Program-made: the position numbers and the translations under genes
Source: the human T2T-CHM13v2.0 reference genome, Homo sapiens
Assembly: GCF_009914755.1 (NCBI RefSeq)
Contig: NC_060942.1
Direction: 5' to 3' (one strand)
DNA: 64,000 nt
In this document: piece by piece, positions 1-12,167 of the stretch
Position numbering within the stretch: the first letter of the stretch is position 1
How the letters are laid out: every line of letters begins with the position of its first letter
The notes under the pieces: generated by a model
Database searches by the model: none
Told to the model about the DNA's origin: nothing
Seen by the model: the letters and a program-made list of their open reading frames with translations, nothing else

Positions 1-44
1 CACATGGGACTTGCAATTCGATGTGAGATTTCGGTGGGGACACT
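1..44 (-). mobile_element. Terminal fragment of a MaLR LTR (MST/THE1 type), cut by the window edge
   Basis: cacatgggacttgcaattcgatgtgagatttcggtggggacac matches the reverse complement of the MST/THE1 LTR start. Confidence 0.75.
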
Positions 45-144
45 GAGGAACCTGAATGAGTTGTTGCTGCTGTTAGAAGGCTCCCCCAGCAAGAACTCAC
101 AACGGAAGAAGGAAAAGATATTTTACCTCCCTGCAATGCACTCA

Positions 145-290
145 GGGTTCTTCCATGTGGTAGCATGTTAGAACCTCCTTTATAAGGCTGAGTAATATTC
201 CATTGTATAGATATATCATATTTTGCTTATGCATTCATCCATTGATGGGCATAGATTATTTCTAACTTTTAGCTGTTGGATCAATTGATC
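145..290 (-). mobile_element. Old L1 (L1M) 3' fragment
   Basis: ggctgagtaatattccattgtat...ttcatccattgatgggcat is the typical antisense L1 3'-end motif. Confidence 0.75.
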
Positions 291-356
291 CAAATAAATA
301 TTATGTGTATATATAAATATATATGTATATATAAATATACAGTGATTATTTTTTAG

Positions 357-673
<317 letters not shown>

Positions 674-979
674 AAATACTTGTGAAATTTTTGTGAAATG
701 TAACTTTGCAAACTGTAGAGATGAACATACAGTGTCTTCTTTGGAACCCTTAATACTGTGAATTATTTTAGTCAGTCCTAATATTGAACCATCTTCAACT
801 TCTTAGAATGATTAATAATTTTTATTTTTTAACAAATTATTTCTGAAAAATAAGACATTAAAGTTAAAACTTTATAATTTTATAGTTATAAAATTCACAT
901 AAAAATGAGTTTTTCTATATTCTTTAAATTTATCAACTGTTAACCTCTTACTATATTCATTCCCTGCTGCTTAGAGTTA

Positions 980-1900
980 TATTTACTAAACTATTAGAGA
1001 GGAAGTTGCAGGTATCATTAACCTATTCCTCTAAATGCTTCAACATCTATGTACTAAAAACCAGATTATTCTCTTACACAATCACAGGGACAATTATCAA
1101 ATTAGGAAATTGTTAATATTGACTCAATGCTATTATTTAAACGACAGTCTCCATTTAAATTTTGCCATTGTCCCCACAATGTTTTTTACAGCTTTTATTC
1201 CTCTGATCCAGGATCCAACCCAATCTGGTGCATTCAATTTAGTTGTCTTGTCCCTTTAGCCTGTTTTAATGTGGACACGTTTCTCTGGATTTATTTTTCT
1301 TTCATGACAGTGAAATTTTGAGTAATACAGGTCAATAGCTTACAGATTGCCCCTCAAATCTAGTCTTTCTGTTTCCTAATGATTAGACTCAGCTTATGCA
1401 TTTTTAGCAGGAATACGGTAGAATTGACGCTGTGTCCTTTCAGCGCATCCCACCTATCAGGAGACATCGGATGTCAGTCTATCCATTTTTGGTCATGTGA
1501 ACCTAGATACCATGATGCCTAAGAGGTTAAATTAACATTTTCTTTTTTGTAATTAATAAGTAATCTGTAGAGGTGGGCCAATACCCAAGATTACAAAGTA
1601 TCTTTTTCTTATCTAAATTTTACCCATAAATTTTAGAATCTCTTAATGATTTTTGCCTGTATCAAATATTACTATGCTGGTCGCAACATAGTATTTCAAA
1701 CTCTGTCATTTCTTTTGTATATTTATTGGTTGGCATTTTACTATAGGGAAGAGCTTTTGCCTCTTCTTAGCTCCTCCCTCTTGCTTTTCTTCCTTCCTTG
1801 CCCCGTCCTTGTGTTCCATGAACACATGAGTTCCTTTTACCACCAATGAGTTATAGTCCATTACTATCCTTATGTATTCTTTCATTGTACTGCCAGATCC
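980..1900 (-). mobile_element. Old L1 3' region (L1MC-like), degraded
   Basis: caggatccaacccaa...tgcattcaatttagttgtcttgtccctttag and ttatgcatttttagcaggaatac motifs resemble L1MC4/5 3' ends. Confidence 0.65.
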
Positions 1901-3275
1901 ATTTCTTAATGTTTTATTTATCTGCCATCAATATTTATAAGTGATACTGATCTACAGTCTTCCTGTTGTATACTACCTTTATCTGGTTTTAGTAAAGCTT
2001 TTATTTAGGTGTGCTAAGAGTAATCAACAAACTCTTGAACAATCAAAGTAACAGAAAAATTCATCTGTTTCTTCTAAGTTTGGAAAAACTTTCTTACAAA
2101 AGTTTTGAAAATGAGTAAATCTTTTGGTCTCTCTCTGTCAGTTTCATCAGTTGTGTGGTTATACTTTCATTTTATCCTAGATTTAATCTTGTCTAGTACT
2201 GATTGAGGTATTCTTTTATAAATATTTTATTTTTCTCAAATCTGGTTCTTTTTCTCTTCTCATTTCTAATTTGGCCTTCTTAATCTCTTCCTACTTACCT
2301 CTTGATTTAGCTATCTATTGAATTTTATTAGAATTATTATTTATTTTTCACTTAAATGTATAGCCCTTAATATATGTATCAATTCTATCATTTTTTTTTA
2401 CTTACAATATACAACTTTATTAATTTTTCCCTTCTGCTTTTCCTAGGTTTGTTTTCCACTACTTTTTTACAAGCTAAGTTTTATTTTAAATTAGATTTTC
2501 CTCTGAGAAATAAGGTTTGGCAGTAAGTCATGAATTTTCATTTGGAATGTTCCTACTATCATTATTTTCAAAATATTCTGCAATTTCAGACTTGACTTCC
2601 TTTTTGGTCCTAAGGTTGTTTTTAAGCCGTTTTTATAATTTCAAAATGAGTGGGATTTTACTATTTTGTTTTTACAGTTGGTATTTATAATATTATTTCA
2701 TAGCCAGAGATACGTAATTTTTACTCTTATTTTCTGTTTGTTTGTAATATAATATATTACTAGTTGTTATCAGTTCAGTGTCTGTTTATAAGGTGTACAT
2801 TTAAATGTATTTTAGATACTTGATAAACCTTATCTCATTCAAATATTCTGTAGAGGTACTTATTATATATTTGATCATGAAGGACTGAGAAAAAGGTGTG
2901 TTAAACTCTCCTATTTGTGCTTTGTGTTGCTCTCTCTCTTTATAATGTATAATACTCCATACCAAAATAAAAAGAACTTTTCATGACTGAAATTTAACTT
3001 TATATTACATCCTCTGCTTTATATTTTATTTAAGTTTGCCTGTTGGTTCTCTGTTCAGTTTGTTATTGAGTAGATCAAATTTAACAGATGAAATGAAGCG
3101 AGGCCCAGACAAAAATGTGAGTGGGCAAAGACCAGGCTGCCTCTGTCCTCCCCTCCCGTCTTCTCCCACCCGGCAGAGTTCCTGCCACTGAGCTTTCCCT
3201 GCACAGATGAAAAGTAGTTAGGATGGAGGTTAGGGGTTAATGGGCTGCAAGAAGCCTTATCCCCCTAAGAGGTTT

Positions 3276-3720
3276 TGTCTAATTAAATAATTCAAACTTA
3301 AAGCTGTTGGAACTTTAAATTATTCTGAGCTTTGAAAGAAATGTGGCTATGTAGTAGCTTGAGTCATGTGACATGCAACTACAACTTCTGCACTTTTTTC
3401 CTGTAAATAGTTAGGAAGACAAAAAGGCACCTGAGATAAGACCTCCTCAGACCACTGCCCCTCATCAAAGAGTAATCAAGTAATCTTCCTTGGGATGTAG
3501 CAATCTGTAAGCAATCAAATTACTTGCTGTATATGTACTGATCCTGTATTGAAAATGTTTTAATTCTACAGTTTCTGTGTCTCTGCCTATATGATTCTCC
3601 ACTTTGAAATGCTGACTCCATTCACTTGGAATTGGTGTTCCCAGTAGCCATCCTCAAGCTTTGTGTTTCAATAAACTCTATACTTAATTATATTTTCTGA
3701 ATCTCATTATTTGAAGTTAA
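3276..3720 (+). mobile_element. ERV1-class solo LTR (subfamily not assigned)
   Basis: TG start, aaagctgttggaactttaaattattctgagc motif, gctgactccatt, then ctcaagcttt...aataaactc polyadenylation segment near the 3' end. Confidence 0.7.
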
Positions 3721-3794
3721 TGGTTTTGTACCTACAGTAATGAATCTCAATGAATAAATTAGTCTCTGTCACAGTTAATTTTTTTCATCGTTGT

Positions 3795-4204
3795 TGTCGT
3801 TGGTGCTATAACCAAATACCTAAGACCAGGTAATTTATGAATATAAAAGAAACTTCTCTCTTATGGTTCTGGAGGCTGTGATATCCAGGGTCGAGGGACT
3901 GCATCTAGTGAGGGCCTTCTTGCTGGTGGGGACTCTCTGCCAAGTCCTGAGACAGCACAGGGCATCACATGGTGAGGGGGCTTATGAGCCAAACTAGCTT
4001 TTATAACAGACCCAGTCTCGTGATAACTAACCCATTCCCTTAGTAACTCATGAATCCATGAATTCATGAATGGATTAATCCTTTCATGAGGGTAGAGTCC
4101 CCATGACCCAATGACTTCCCAGAGATTCCACTTCTTAACACTGCTGCACAGGGGACCAAGTTGCCAACACATGACTTTTTAGGGAACACATTCAACCTAT
4201 AGCA
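3795..4204 (-). mobile_element. MaLR solo LTR (MSTC/MSTD-like)
   Basis: ggttctggaggctg...gagggccttcttgctggtggggactct...ttcatgagggtagagtcc; ends ttcaacctatagca (reverse complement of the TGCTATAG start). Confidence 0.85.
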
Positions 4205-4554
4205 GTCCCTATGACAAAGTGAGAAATATCTTTTGGTGCAGATCACGCTGTTCCTAATGCACATGAGCCTCCTTTGGTGCTATTCCTTGTAGTTGCTACA
4301 CCATGCCTCTGTTGTCGGAAGGGTCTTATCTATTGTTTAAACTCTTAAGAAAAAGTGCTTTTCTGCACACTGTGAGAGTATCTGTAATATTTACTGTGCC
4401 TGCAATGTGCTAAGCACTGCTCTACTGTCTTGAACCTTACCCTCAAGTAGTAATAGCTCATTTCTTCTAGATCCTAATGATATACCAGGCATTGAATTAG
4501 TGGCTTTCATAGTGGTTCATATCAACCCCACAAAGTTGATATCAAGAAGCTTTC

Positions 4555-4662
4555 TGCTGAGGCAGGAAGATCACTTGAAGCCAGGAGTTCAAGACCAGCC
4601 TGAGCAATATAGCGAGACCCTAATTTAAACAAAACAAAACAAAAATAAGAACAAAAAAGAAA
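4555..4662 (+). mobile_element. Alu monomer fragment (FLAM-like)
   Basis: gctgaggcaggaagatcacttgaagccaggagttcaagaccagcctg followed by an A-rich tail. Confidence 0.85.
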
Positions 4663-4729
4663 CTTTCCAGAGATCATACAGCTATTAGCTATGAGAATTT
4701 GAGACCTGTTCTGCCTAACTTCCACACTA

Positions 4730-4910
4730 TCTTTTTCTCAAGCTTCAGGTGGCCAAGAATCACTTAGGGTGGTCATTGAGAATTCCAACACTCGGTAACA
4801 CCAAATTCTGATTCTATAGGTCTGTGGTGGGGCTCAGGAATCTAAATTTTCATTACGTGCCCCAGCTAAATCTGAAACAAATGGTTTATATTCCTCACTT
4901 TGAAAAACTA
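4730..4910. mobile_element. MER5-type hAT DNA transposon fossil
   Basis: ttctcaa...agaatcacttaggg...ttctgattctataggtctgtggtggggctcaggaatct...cactttgaaaaac. Confidence 0.7.
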
Positions 4911-5150
4911 CACAAATTATATGGGTTAAGGCCAGGAGGTATAATTATCCCTCCAACAGCTGCTCTCACTCACTGGCTAAGAACCTTATCAGAAATGTAG
5001 ATTTTGACCTCTGATATGAAAGTCTCATAAAATATCTGCTGATTCTGTGTTCTCTAATGTCACTGGGGAAACACATTGGAAAATAATACAAGTTTTGTTC
5101 TGATCATTCCAGCTTTAAGTCACTACGGTGTCTAAGAAAGCTGTTATTCA

Positions 5151-5467
<317 letters not shown>

Positions 5468-5979
5468 TCATTCAATCAACATAGGGTTGTAATTTATTAC
5501 TCATATTTACGAAGTTTTTAAATAATTCACATCTCTGAATCAAAATTATTCAATATAGTTTTCCCCTTTGTACTTATGATGTCAAATACAACCTAAAGTA
5601 TTAGAGAAAGAAAGACATAACACTGCAAAAAATTAAAAATATATATATTCTGCCAGGGCACCCTCCCTCATTCGACCATTTTCATGAGGGTATTTTTGTT
5701 GAACACAGAGAGCTCTTTATTCTCTTTTAAGTTGTAACAGCAAGAATAACTTGGATGACTGTTTGACCCTTACCAGTTGGGTAACTTTATTTGATAGAAA
5801 AATAAAAGCCCTATATTTAAAAGTGAGTAGCAGCAAGTGACCGGTCAGTAACCTCCTTCAAAGGAAAGACCACAAAATTCAACGCAATGGTTAATCCAGG
5901 CACAGCCCATTCATCAATCTGGATGTTTCAATCAATTTCCCTCAAAAGTCTCAGTCTTCATGACCACTATAGAAAACAG

Positions 5980-6150
5980 ACCAAGAGCCCAGAGTTTAGA
6001 GTGGGAAAATCTGGGAAGATTGGTAACTGTCTCTTAACTGGATATTTAACTTTGAACAAGCTGTCAAATTCTCTGAACCTCAATTTAAAGAAGCCATACC
6101 ATTATCAGAGGGGATCACTGTGAACATTAAAGTGAGATAGTATGTAAAGG
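5980..6150. mobile_element. MIR fragment
   Basis: actttgaacaag...tctctgaacctcaattt...gtgaacattaaagtgagatagtatgtaaag core-like motifs. Confidence 0.55.
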
Positions 6151-8349
6151 TTCCCTGCTACAACATTCCTGATTAAGTTCTTGTCTGTGACGGAGCAACG
6201 ACAAGAGTATGGTTAGTCCCGGGTTGTTACCATTCTTAAAACGTTGCTTTGTAGTTTTACTTAGGTAGAGGCACTTCTTATTATTCTTACAACATCATTC
6301 AGCAATTCATTCTCATAGTAGATGTACTGCATATTATTTAATATGGTTTTCCTACTAAACCAGTTGTATATGTTTGATAGGTAACTTCAACAAAAGCGAC
6401 AGACAACTGGAAATATGAGATCCATCTTCTGGTCCACAGACCCCCAAAATTTTCAGATGATGTGGTAGGAGCAGAAGGCAGGATGGAGGGAGTGTGGTAG
6501 GGGAGTGTGATGTACTCTTGGTTCACAAGTCTGTTAAAATCATAGTAAATCCAAATATATTAGTTGTATGTATTTGGCTTTCATAAGCATTTTTAAATTA
6601 GTTAGTTTTTCTAATTGACAAATATATTTTTTAAGGATTTCTTTGAAGAAAAGCTTTTCCACTAAAAAATCTGGGAAACCATTGATGCTACATGAGGTTC
6701 TCATCCAGGGGAAGAAAGATGGAATAATTTTCCACCTCACATGGCAGAACCTGGGCTTCCAAAGCTTCGACCAGTTTTCTTCAATTCCAGCATGAGGAAA
6801 TCTATAACTATAAAATGCCTCCAAGATAATTCAGTAAGGGTTAAGCCCCACATGTTATATAACAAAGACAGGTTTGATTTCTGTCCTCTTCATACCCTAG
6901 GAATGTAGGAATCAGCAATCAGTATTTGGAGGGAAATTAAAAAAAAAACATAATTGGTATTTTAAGTTGGTCCTGTGACCCAAATTATATTTATTTGGAA
7001 TATTTTCTTTTTGATGTGAAACTAAGCATTTATTTTAAAAGTTATAAAGCACTGGTTTTATAGTGATTCAGTGGAAGGAGATTAAATATCCTAAACGGCA
7101 TGCATACCTGGATTTTTTTAACCCTCTTGAACGAGTCTAAGAAATGCATTCCAAAAATCACAACTCTTATGTTAACTTGAAATCCTGTCTGACATGAGGG
7201 ACAGCCCTGGTATTTTGTGGGAGCTTGGGGGATGCGGTATGGTGGGAAAAGAAGCAAGAAGTTACTAACAGTCAAGCATCACTTTCTCATAAAAAACATA
7301 TTGAAATAAGAGTCCAGAACTCTTATACATTTGGTTCATAATCAAGTTTTGGTTTAAGCCATTAATCTCCGTGCAGCGGAGAAAAAAGCAAAGTTGCGTT
7401 GTTTTAGCTGACAGTCATTATCATTTTCATCAGTCTATTGTTCTACCTCACTGCAAAGCCCCAAAATTCTGAGCAGGGAACTAAAAGGCTAGGCGTTAAT
7501 CTTTCTGACCATGAAGGAATATTAATCTTCCTATTTCAATGATCGCATTTGCTCTAACACAACTGAAGGAGAGAGAAAAGCTATTGTCTTCAGCAGAAAA
7601 AGAATCTGTCTCAAAAAGAGACAGTCAGGATGGGATTAATCCATTTCTTTGGGAGGTCTCTCATCTTAAAATAATTTGAGGCCGGTTGCAAAATAAAAAT
7701 GAAATAGCTAGAATAGGAGGCAAGCATAATAGGAGATGCTATCAGGTGCCTGCAATAGGTCAAGTGTCTCCCGTGCCCAGAAGCCAGCCTAAAGCACAAT
7801 GAGTTAGCATAATTCTATTTTTCTGACAAAAAAAAAAAAACAATATATGCCAACAATACATCTGTAGAACATGTCTTTGGCTATAAGTTGGCTGAACCAA
7901 GAATGCCTCACTCAGTGCTGTATACAGAAGATATGGTCACTTTGGTAGCTTGGTACCTTGGAAAAAAAATATTGATTAATGTGACGCCTGAGGCATTTAA
8001 TTAGAGCTTCCCAAAAGATTGTTGAGACCTTTTCAAATGCGCTATTTCTGTATCAATACTCAGTGAGAGCTGAAGACATCATGTAAGTGAGTGATAAGGC
8101 TGTGACTGTATGTCTGCCTTGAGTGCTTGCAGGAAACAGAGGGCACAGCCCAACAGAGTGGCGTAGGATTTGGTGAGGGGGATATTGACAAAGGTGGAGA
8201 AGAGGAATGGGGAAAGCCTAGGGGCTGGGCAGGACCCCAGGGCTAATGACAGAGGGCAAAGAGGAGAAGGAGGGCACCAGGCCTGGGAACCAGAGGTCAA
8301 TAAAGGACGCTGGGCCCTAGGGCAGAGAGGAATCTGTTCCTCCTCTGTC

Positions 8350-10110
8350 CTCCTTCCTCCTGCCGAGGCTGCCCATGGGCCAAAGGAAAGTGAGAAATCA
8401 AGACAGACTGTACATCCCGTGTCCAGAATGCTGCCTGAGCGCAGGAGGGCGGCGAAGTGTGGAAGGTGAGAGCGGCTCCGCCGGCCCAGGGGAGGCCTGT
8501 GCAGTCCTGGGGAAGCCTGGGCAGTCCTGGGGAACCCGCGATGAAGTTCCGCAGAGGAAGCTGTGGGAGACAGAGGGATCTGTGTCAGAACCTGCATCTA
8601 CCTTTGCCCGCTACATGGCGGAGGCAGGTCACCTGCTTCAAGGTCCCCATTGTGGTACAGCACCATTCGGAGGGTGGTAAGAAAGAAAAGAGTTACCGTT
8701 TCTTTATTTATTTGAGACAGGGTCTCCCTCTGTCGCCTAGGCTGGAGTGCAGTTGTGATCTCAGCTCACTGCAGCCTCCAACTCCCAGGCTCCAGCGATT
8801 CTCCCGCCTCACCTGCAGGGACTACAGGAGCCGGCCCCTACGCCCGGCTAGATTTTCATTTTTAGTAGAGACAGGGTCTTGCTACCTTGCCCAGGCTGGT
8901 CTCAAAATCACTGGCTCAAGTGATCCTCCCATCTTGTCCCCTCAAAGTGCTGGGATTACAGGCATAAGCCACTGCGCCCAGCCACAAATTACCGTTTCCA
9001 GATGCTCAAGCCTCCGCACATAAAAGCATCAGATCTGAGCTGGCTTCAGGTGGCCTTCTGCCGACAAGAGTGGGAGAGGATGCGTTCGTGTGGGCAAAGA
9101 TGTGCTCTGTCCAGGAAGTGGCCCCCAGGAGCCAGACAGAAGGTAAATGTGCAGCGGGAGTGCCAGGATGCTACGCCACCTGGCAGGTGCCTGGGGGAAG
9201 GGGCGCACAGATGAGAGGCCGCTCCTCAGGCCCTCCACCCCACCCTCGGACACACTCGTAGCTGCAGAGGCACCATCCCCAAGTCCCTTTCCGCAAGGGG
9301 GAACGGCTTCCTGTGCAAATGGCAGAAGGAGAAGGCGTGTGGCTTTGGAGTCCACCCACAAGAACCTTACCATAACGTCACATGCCAAATGGTAACAACT
9401 TTAGGACGACGACAGACTGCCAGTTAATTCTGAGGAAAATCCCCCTGAAATCATTTTATAGGTAGGCAAGGTGCGGATACATAAACCAGAAACAAGCACA
9501 CAGAGGCCTCCTTGTTTCTCCAGCCCAGAATGAGTGAAACAGCCCTGCAGACTTGGGAGCTGGGCTCTGGCAATGACAACTTGCCCCTATCCAGCAAGCC
9601 GTACCCAAAATCACCAAATAACTCAGGCATATTGTAAATTGCGCATCTGGCAGAAAAGTCGCTGTCGCTTGTTTCAAAGCTGCTAGTAACCTTATGAGAT
9701 CCTTCCTGATGGAGTTAAACCCGTGGTTTGTTGATAGAATATCCAAGCATTTGACAGGCTTGCAGGGTGGCCGCACCCCAGGCCAGTTCCAACAGTCAAG
9801 CCTCTGGGAAAAGCTCTCGAATTAAAGAAAAATATTCTCCTCATTCACAAAACTCCTTCAATGGACTATTTATTGACTTAGGAGCTATTTCTAGATATAT
9901 CCTGTCTTCAGAAGAATTAACAGGAAAGCACCATTTCTCCAAAAAATGTGTGACTGTGAGAAACAGAGGCTCCCATCTCGCGCTAACTGAGGCGAACCCT
10001 GGAGGGCGCTGCACTGGCGAGGACGCTGCGGTCTTAGATGTGCACAGCACTAGGTGAGAACAGACACAGAGGGACCGGGTCACAGGCTCCGGAAGGTGCT
10101 GTGGACTTGC
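8350..10110. promoter_or_regulatory. GC-rich, CpG-retaining block; candidate promoter or enhancer
   Basis: Visibly higher GC and CpG density than the AT-rich flanks, mostly in sequence I cannot assign to a repeat; function is inferred. Confidence 0.4.
8703..8983 (-). mobile_element. AluJ-like element with a small internal deletion
   Basis: gagacagggtctc...ggctcaagtgatcctccc...ctgcgcccagcc; flanking repeat TTACCGTTTC at 8693-8702 and 8989-8998. Confidence 0.92.
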
Positions 10111-11527
10111 AGAGGTCCTCACTCTAGGAATAAGTACATAAGGTAGGTCAGAGCTATTGGGAGAGACTGACTGGAAATGTACTGAATTTGTAATCTTGTA
10201 TAAGTTTCATGACTGTTATTCTGAATCCATAAGCAGAGCTTCCAGTCATTCAGGGAAACAAACAAAACATCCTTTTAAAATACCGTTGCTCCAAAGACCA
10301 TTGGAATTACAATAAAAATTGAAGACAACTGTCTTTTTGCACAGTACAGCTCCTTGTGGAAAGGTGGCTATTCTTGATTAGTTTTCTAACATTTATCACC
10401 ACTCTGGGGCAGGCTCGTTTCTAAGCTATTAACTTGTTTCTTTCATTTTGTACAGTTAATAGAAATAAAGAAATGCTGTGGCCAGGCAATAAGAGGAAAT
10501 ATTTCTCATAACAAGGAAATTAAGATTTTATTTTACTGTTATTACTATCATTATGGTTAATTGCAGCTTATTCGTGACATTACAGAGCTAATGAGAAACT
10601 TGGATGCTGTCTTGAATACGTCATTCATTTTTCTTTATGAGGTAAGACATGCCAAAAGTGCAAAAGTCAAAAAAGGAGGAGAGGAGGAAACTGGTGGGAG
10701 AAGTGGGCTCTTCTTTCCTGACAACTATGGAAGAAAGCACTGGGCCGCCTATCTGCTGTGGATAGATTAAAGCTGGTGAATGTGAAGCAGCAGAACACGT
10801 CTGTTACTCTTGTCAATCAGGAATAACGATGGTCAGGGAGACCAGCAGGAGTGCTAACAGAAAGGAGCCCAGCAATGGAGGATGCTCTGAGACAGGCCCC
10901 AGCTGCTCTCAGTGCCCTGGCATCCTAGCTTTCCAAGACCACATCAGCTTTACCTTGAGGGCTCGACGAGGACATGTAAGTGTCCTCGTGGTGCCAGCCA
11001 GGGCCCTGGTAAGATCCAAAGGCACAGCCCAATTTGGTGATGTGGGGAGAGCCTGAGGAAGGGATGATTTCCTAAGGTACAAGGAGCCAAAGGGGATAGA
11101 GCAAAGCCTGGGACTAAAAGCACTGGACATTCTTACTACCCTTTAAGAGGTCAGTGAGAGGAAGCAGCTCTAGAAAGAGAGAGAGAGAGAAGAAAAGGGA
11201 CTGAAACCTGTGAACCAGAGGTAGCCAGAGCAAGATCACTGCCAGAAAGGAGCAACGAGCCAGAGGAGGGAGCTGGACAACAAAGACCTCCAGCCTCCGA
11301 CAGCCCTGGCAGCCTTGGCACAGCAGCCCATTGCAGGGTGAAGGAGCTCTGGATAGACATATGGAAGACAGCCAGCATGCTCATCCAACTGCTGTTCATT
11401 GCCCCTGCTGGCCCTGTTTACCGAATTGGGAAAATGTCAGGAGGGACTGCAGTCTGGATGCCCAATTGTAGGGACACAGGGGCTGGGGGAGTCTAGGTTA
11501 CAAGCAGCTTAGTACCCAGGAGGTATG

Positions 11528-12167
11528 TGTATTAGTCCATTCTCACACTGAACTGGCTGGAGCCAGAGTAGCCAGGATGCAGAGTGCCTTGCCCCAAGGC
11601 TGCACAGAACAGTGGGGCCCTGGGCCTGGCTCCCAAAACCATTTTCTCCTCCAAGGCCTCTGGGCCTCTGATGGGAGGGGCTGCCACAAAGATCTCTAAA
11701 ATGCCTTGGAGACATCTGCTGGTTATGCAGTTCCAAAGTTGCTTCCACATTCTTAGGTATCTTTATAGCAATGCCCCACCACGTGGGTTCCAATTTTCTG
11801 TATTAGTCTGTTTTCACACTGCTATGAAGAACTACCCAAGACTGGGTAATTTATTAATGGAAAGTAGTTTAATTGACTCACAGTTCCTCATGGCTGGGGA
11901 GGCCACAGGAAACTTAACAATCATGGTGGAAGGCTAAGGAAAATCAAGCACCTTCTTCACAAGGTGGCAAGAGAGACAAGAGTGAGGGGAGATTACCAAA
12001 CACTTTTAAACCATCAGATCTCCTGAGAACTCATTCACTATCACAAGAACAGCATGGGGGAAACCATCCCCATGATCCAATTACCTCCTAACAGGTCCCT
12101 TCCTCCACACGTGGGGATTACAATTCAAGATGAGATTTGGGTGGGGATGCACAGCCAAACAATATCA
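11528..12167 (-). mobile_element. MSTA/THE1-type MaLR provirus, internally deleted (one full LTR 11799-12167, internal remnants 11551-11798, ~23 bp of the second LTR)
   Basis: tgtattagtc occurs at both 11528 and 11799; MST-internal motifs (ttccaaagttgcttccacatt, ggctgcacagaacagtggggccc); 5-bp TSD GTATG at 11523-11527 and 12168-12172. Confidence 0.92.

Noticed and set aside
45-120. Purine-rich segment resembling a Tigger-like or coding fragment
   Set aside because: Too short and ambiguous to assign by eye
8457-9023. 188-aa ORF and overlapping ORFs in the GC-rich block
   Set aside because: The C-terminal half is translated antisense Alu, there is no recognisable domain, and long ORFs are expected by chance in GC-rich DNA
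9172-9188. CTCF-like motif (ctgccaggtggcgt on the minus strand)
   Set aside because: About three mismatches to the core consensus; cannot be supported without a PWM score or ChIP data
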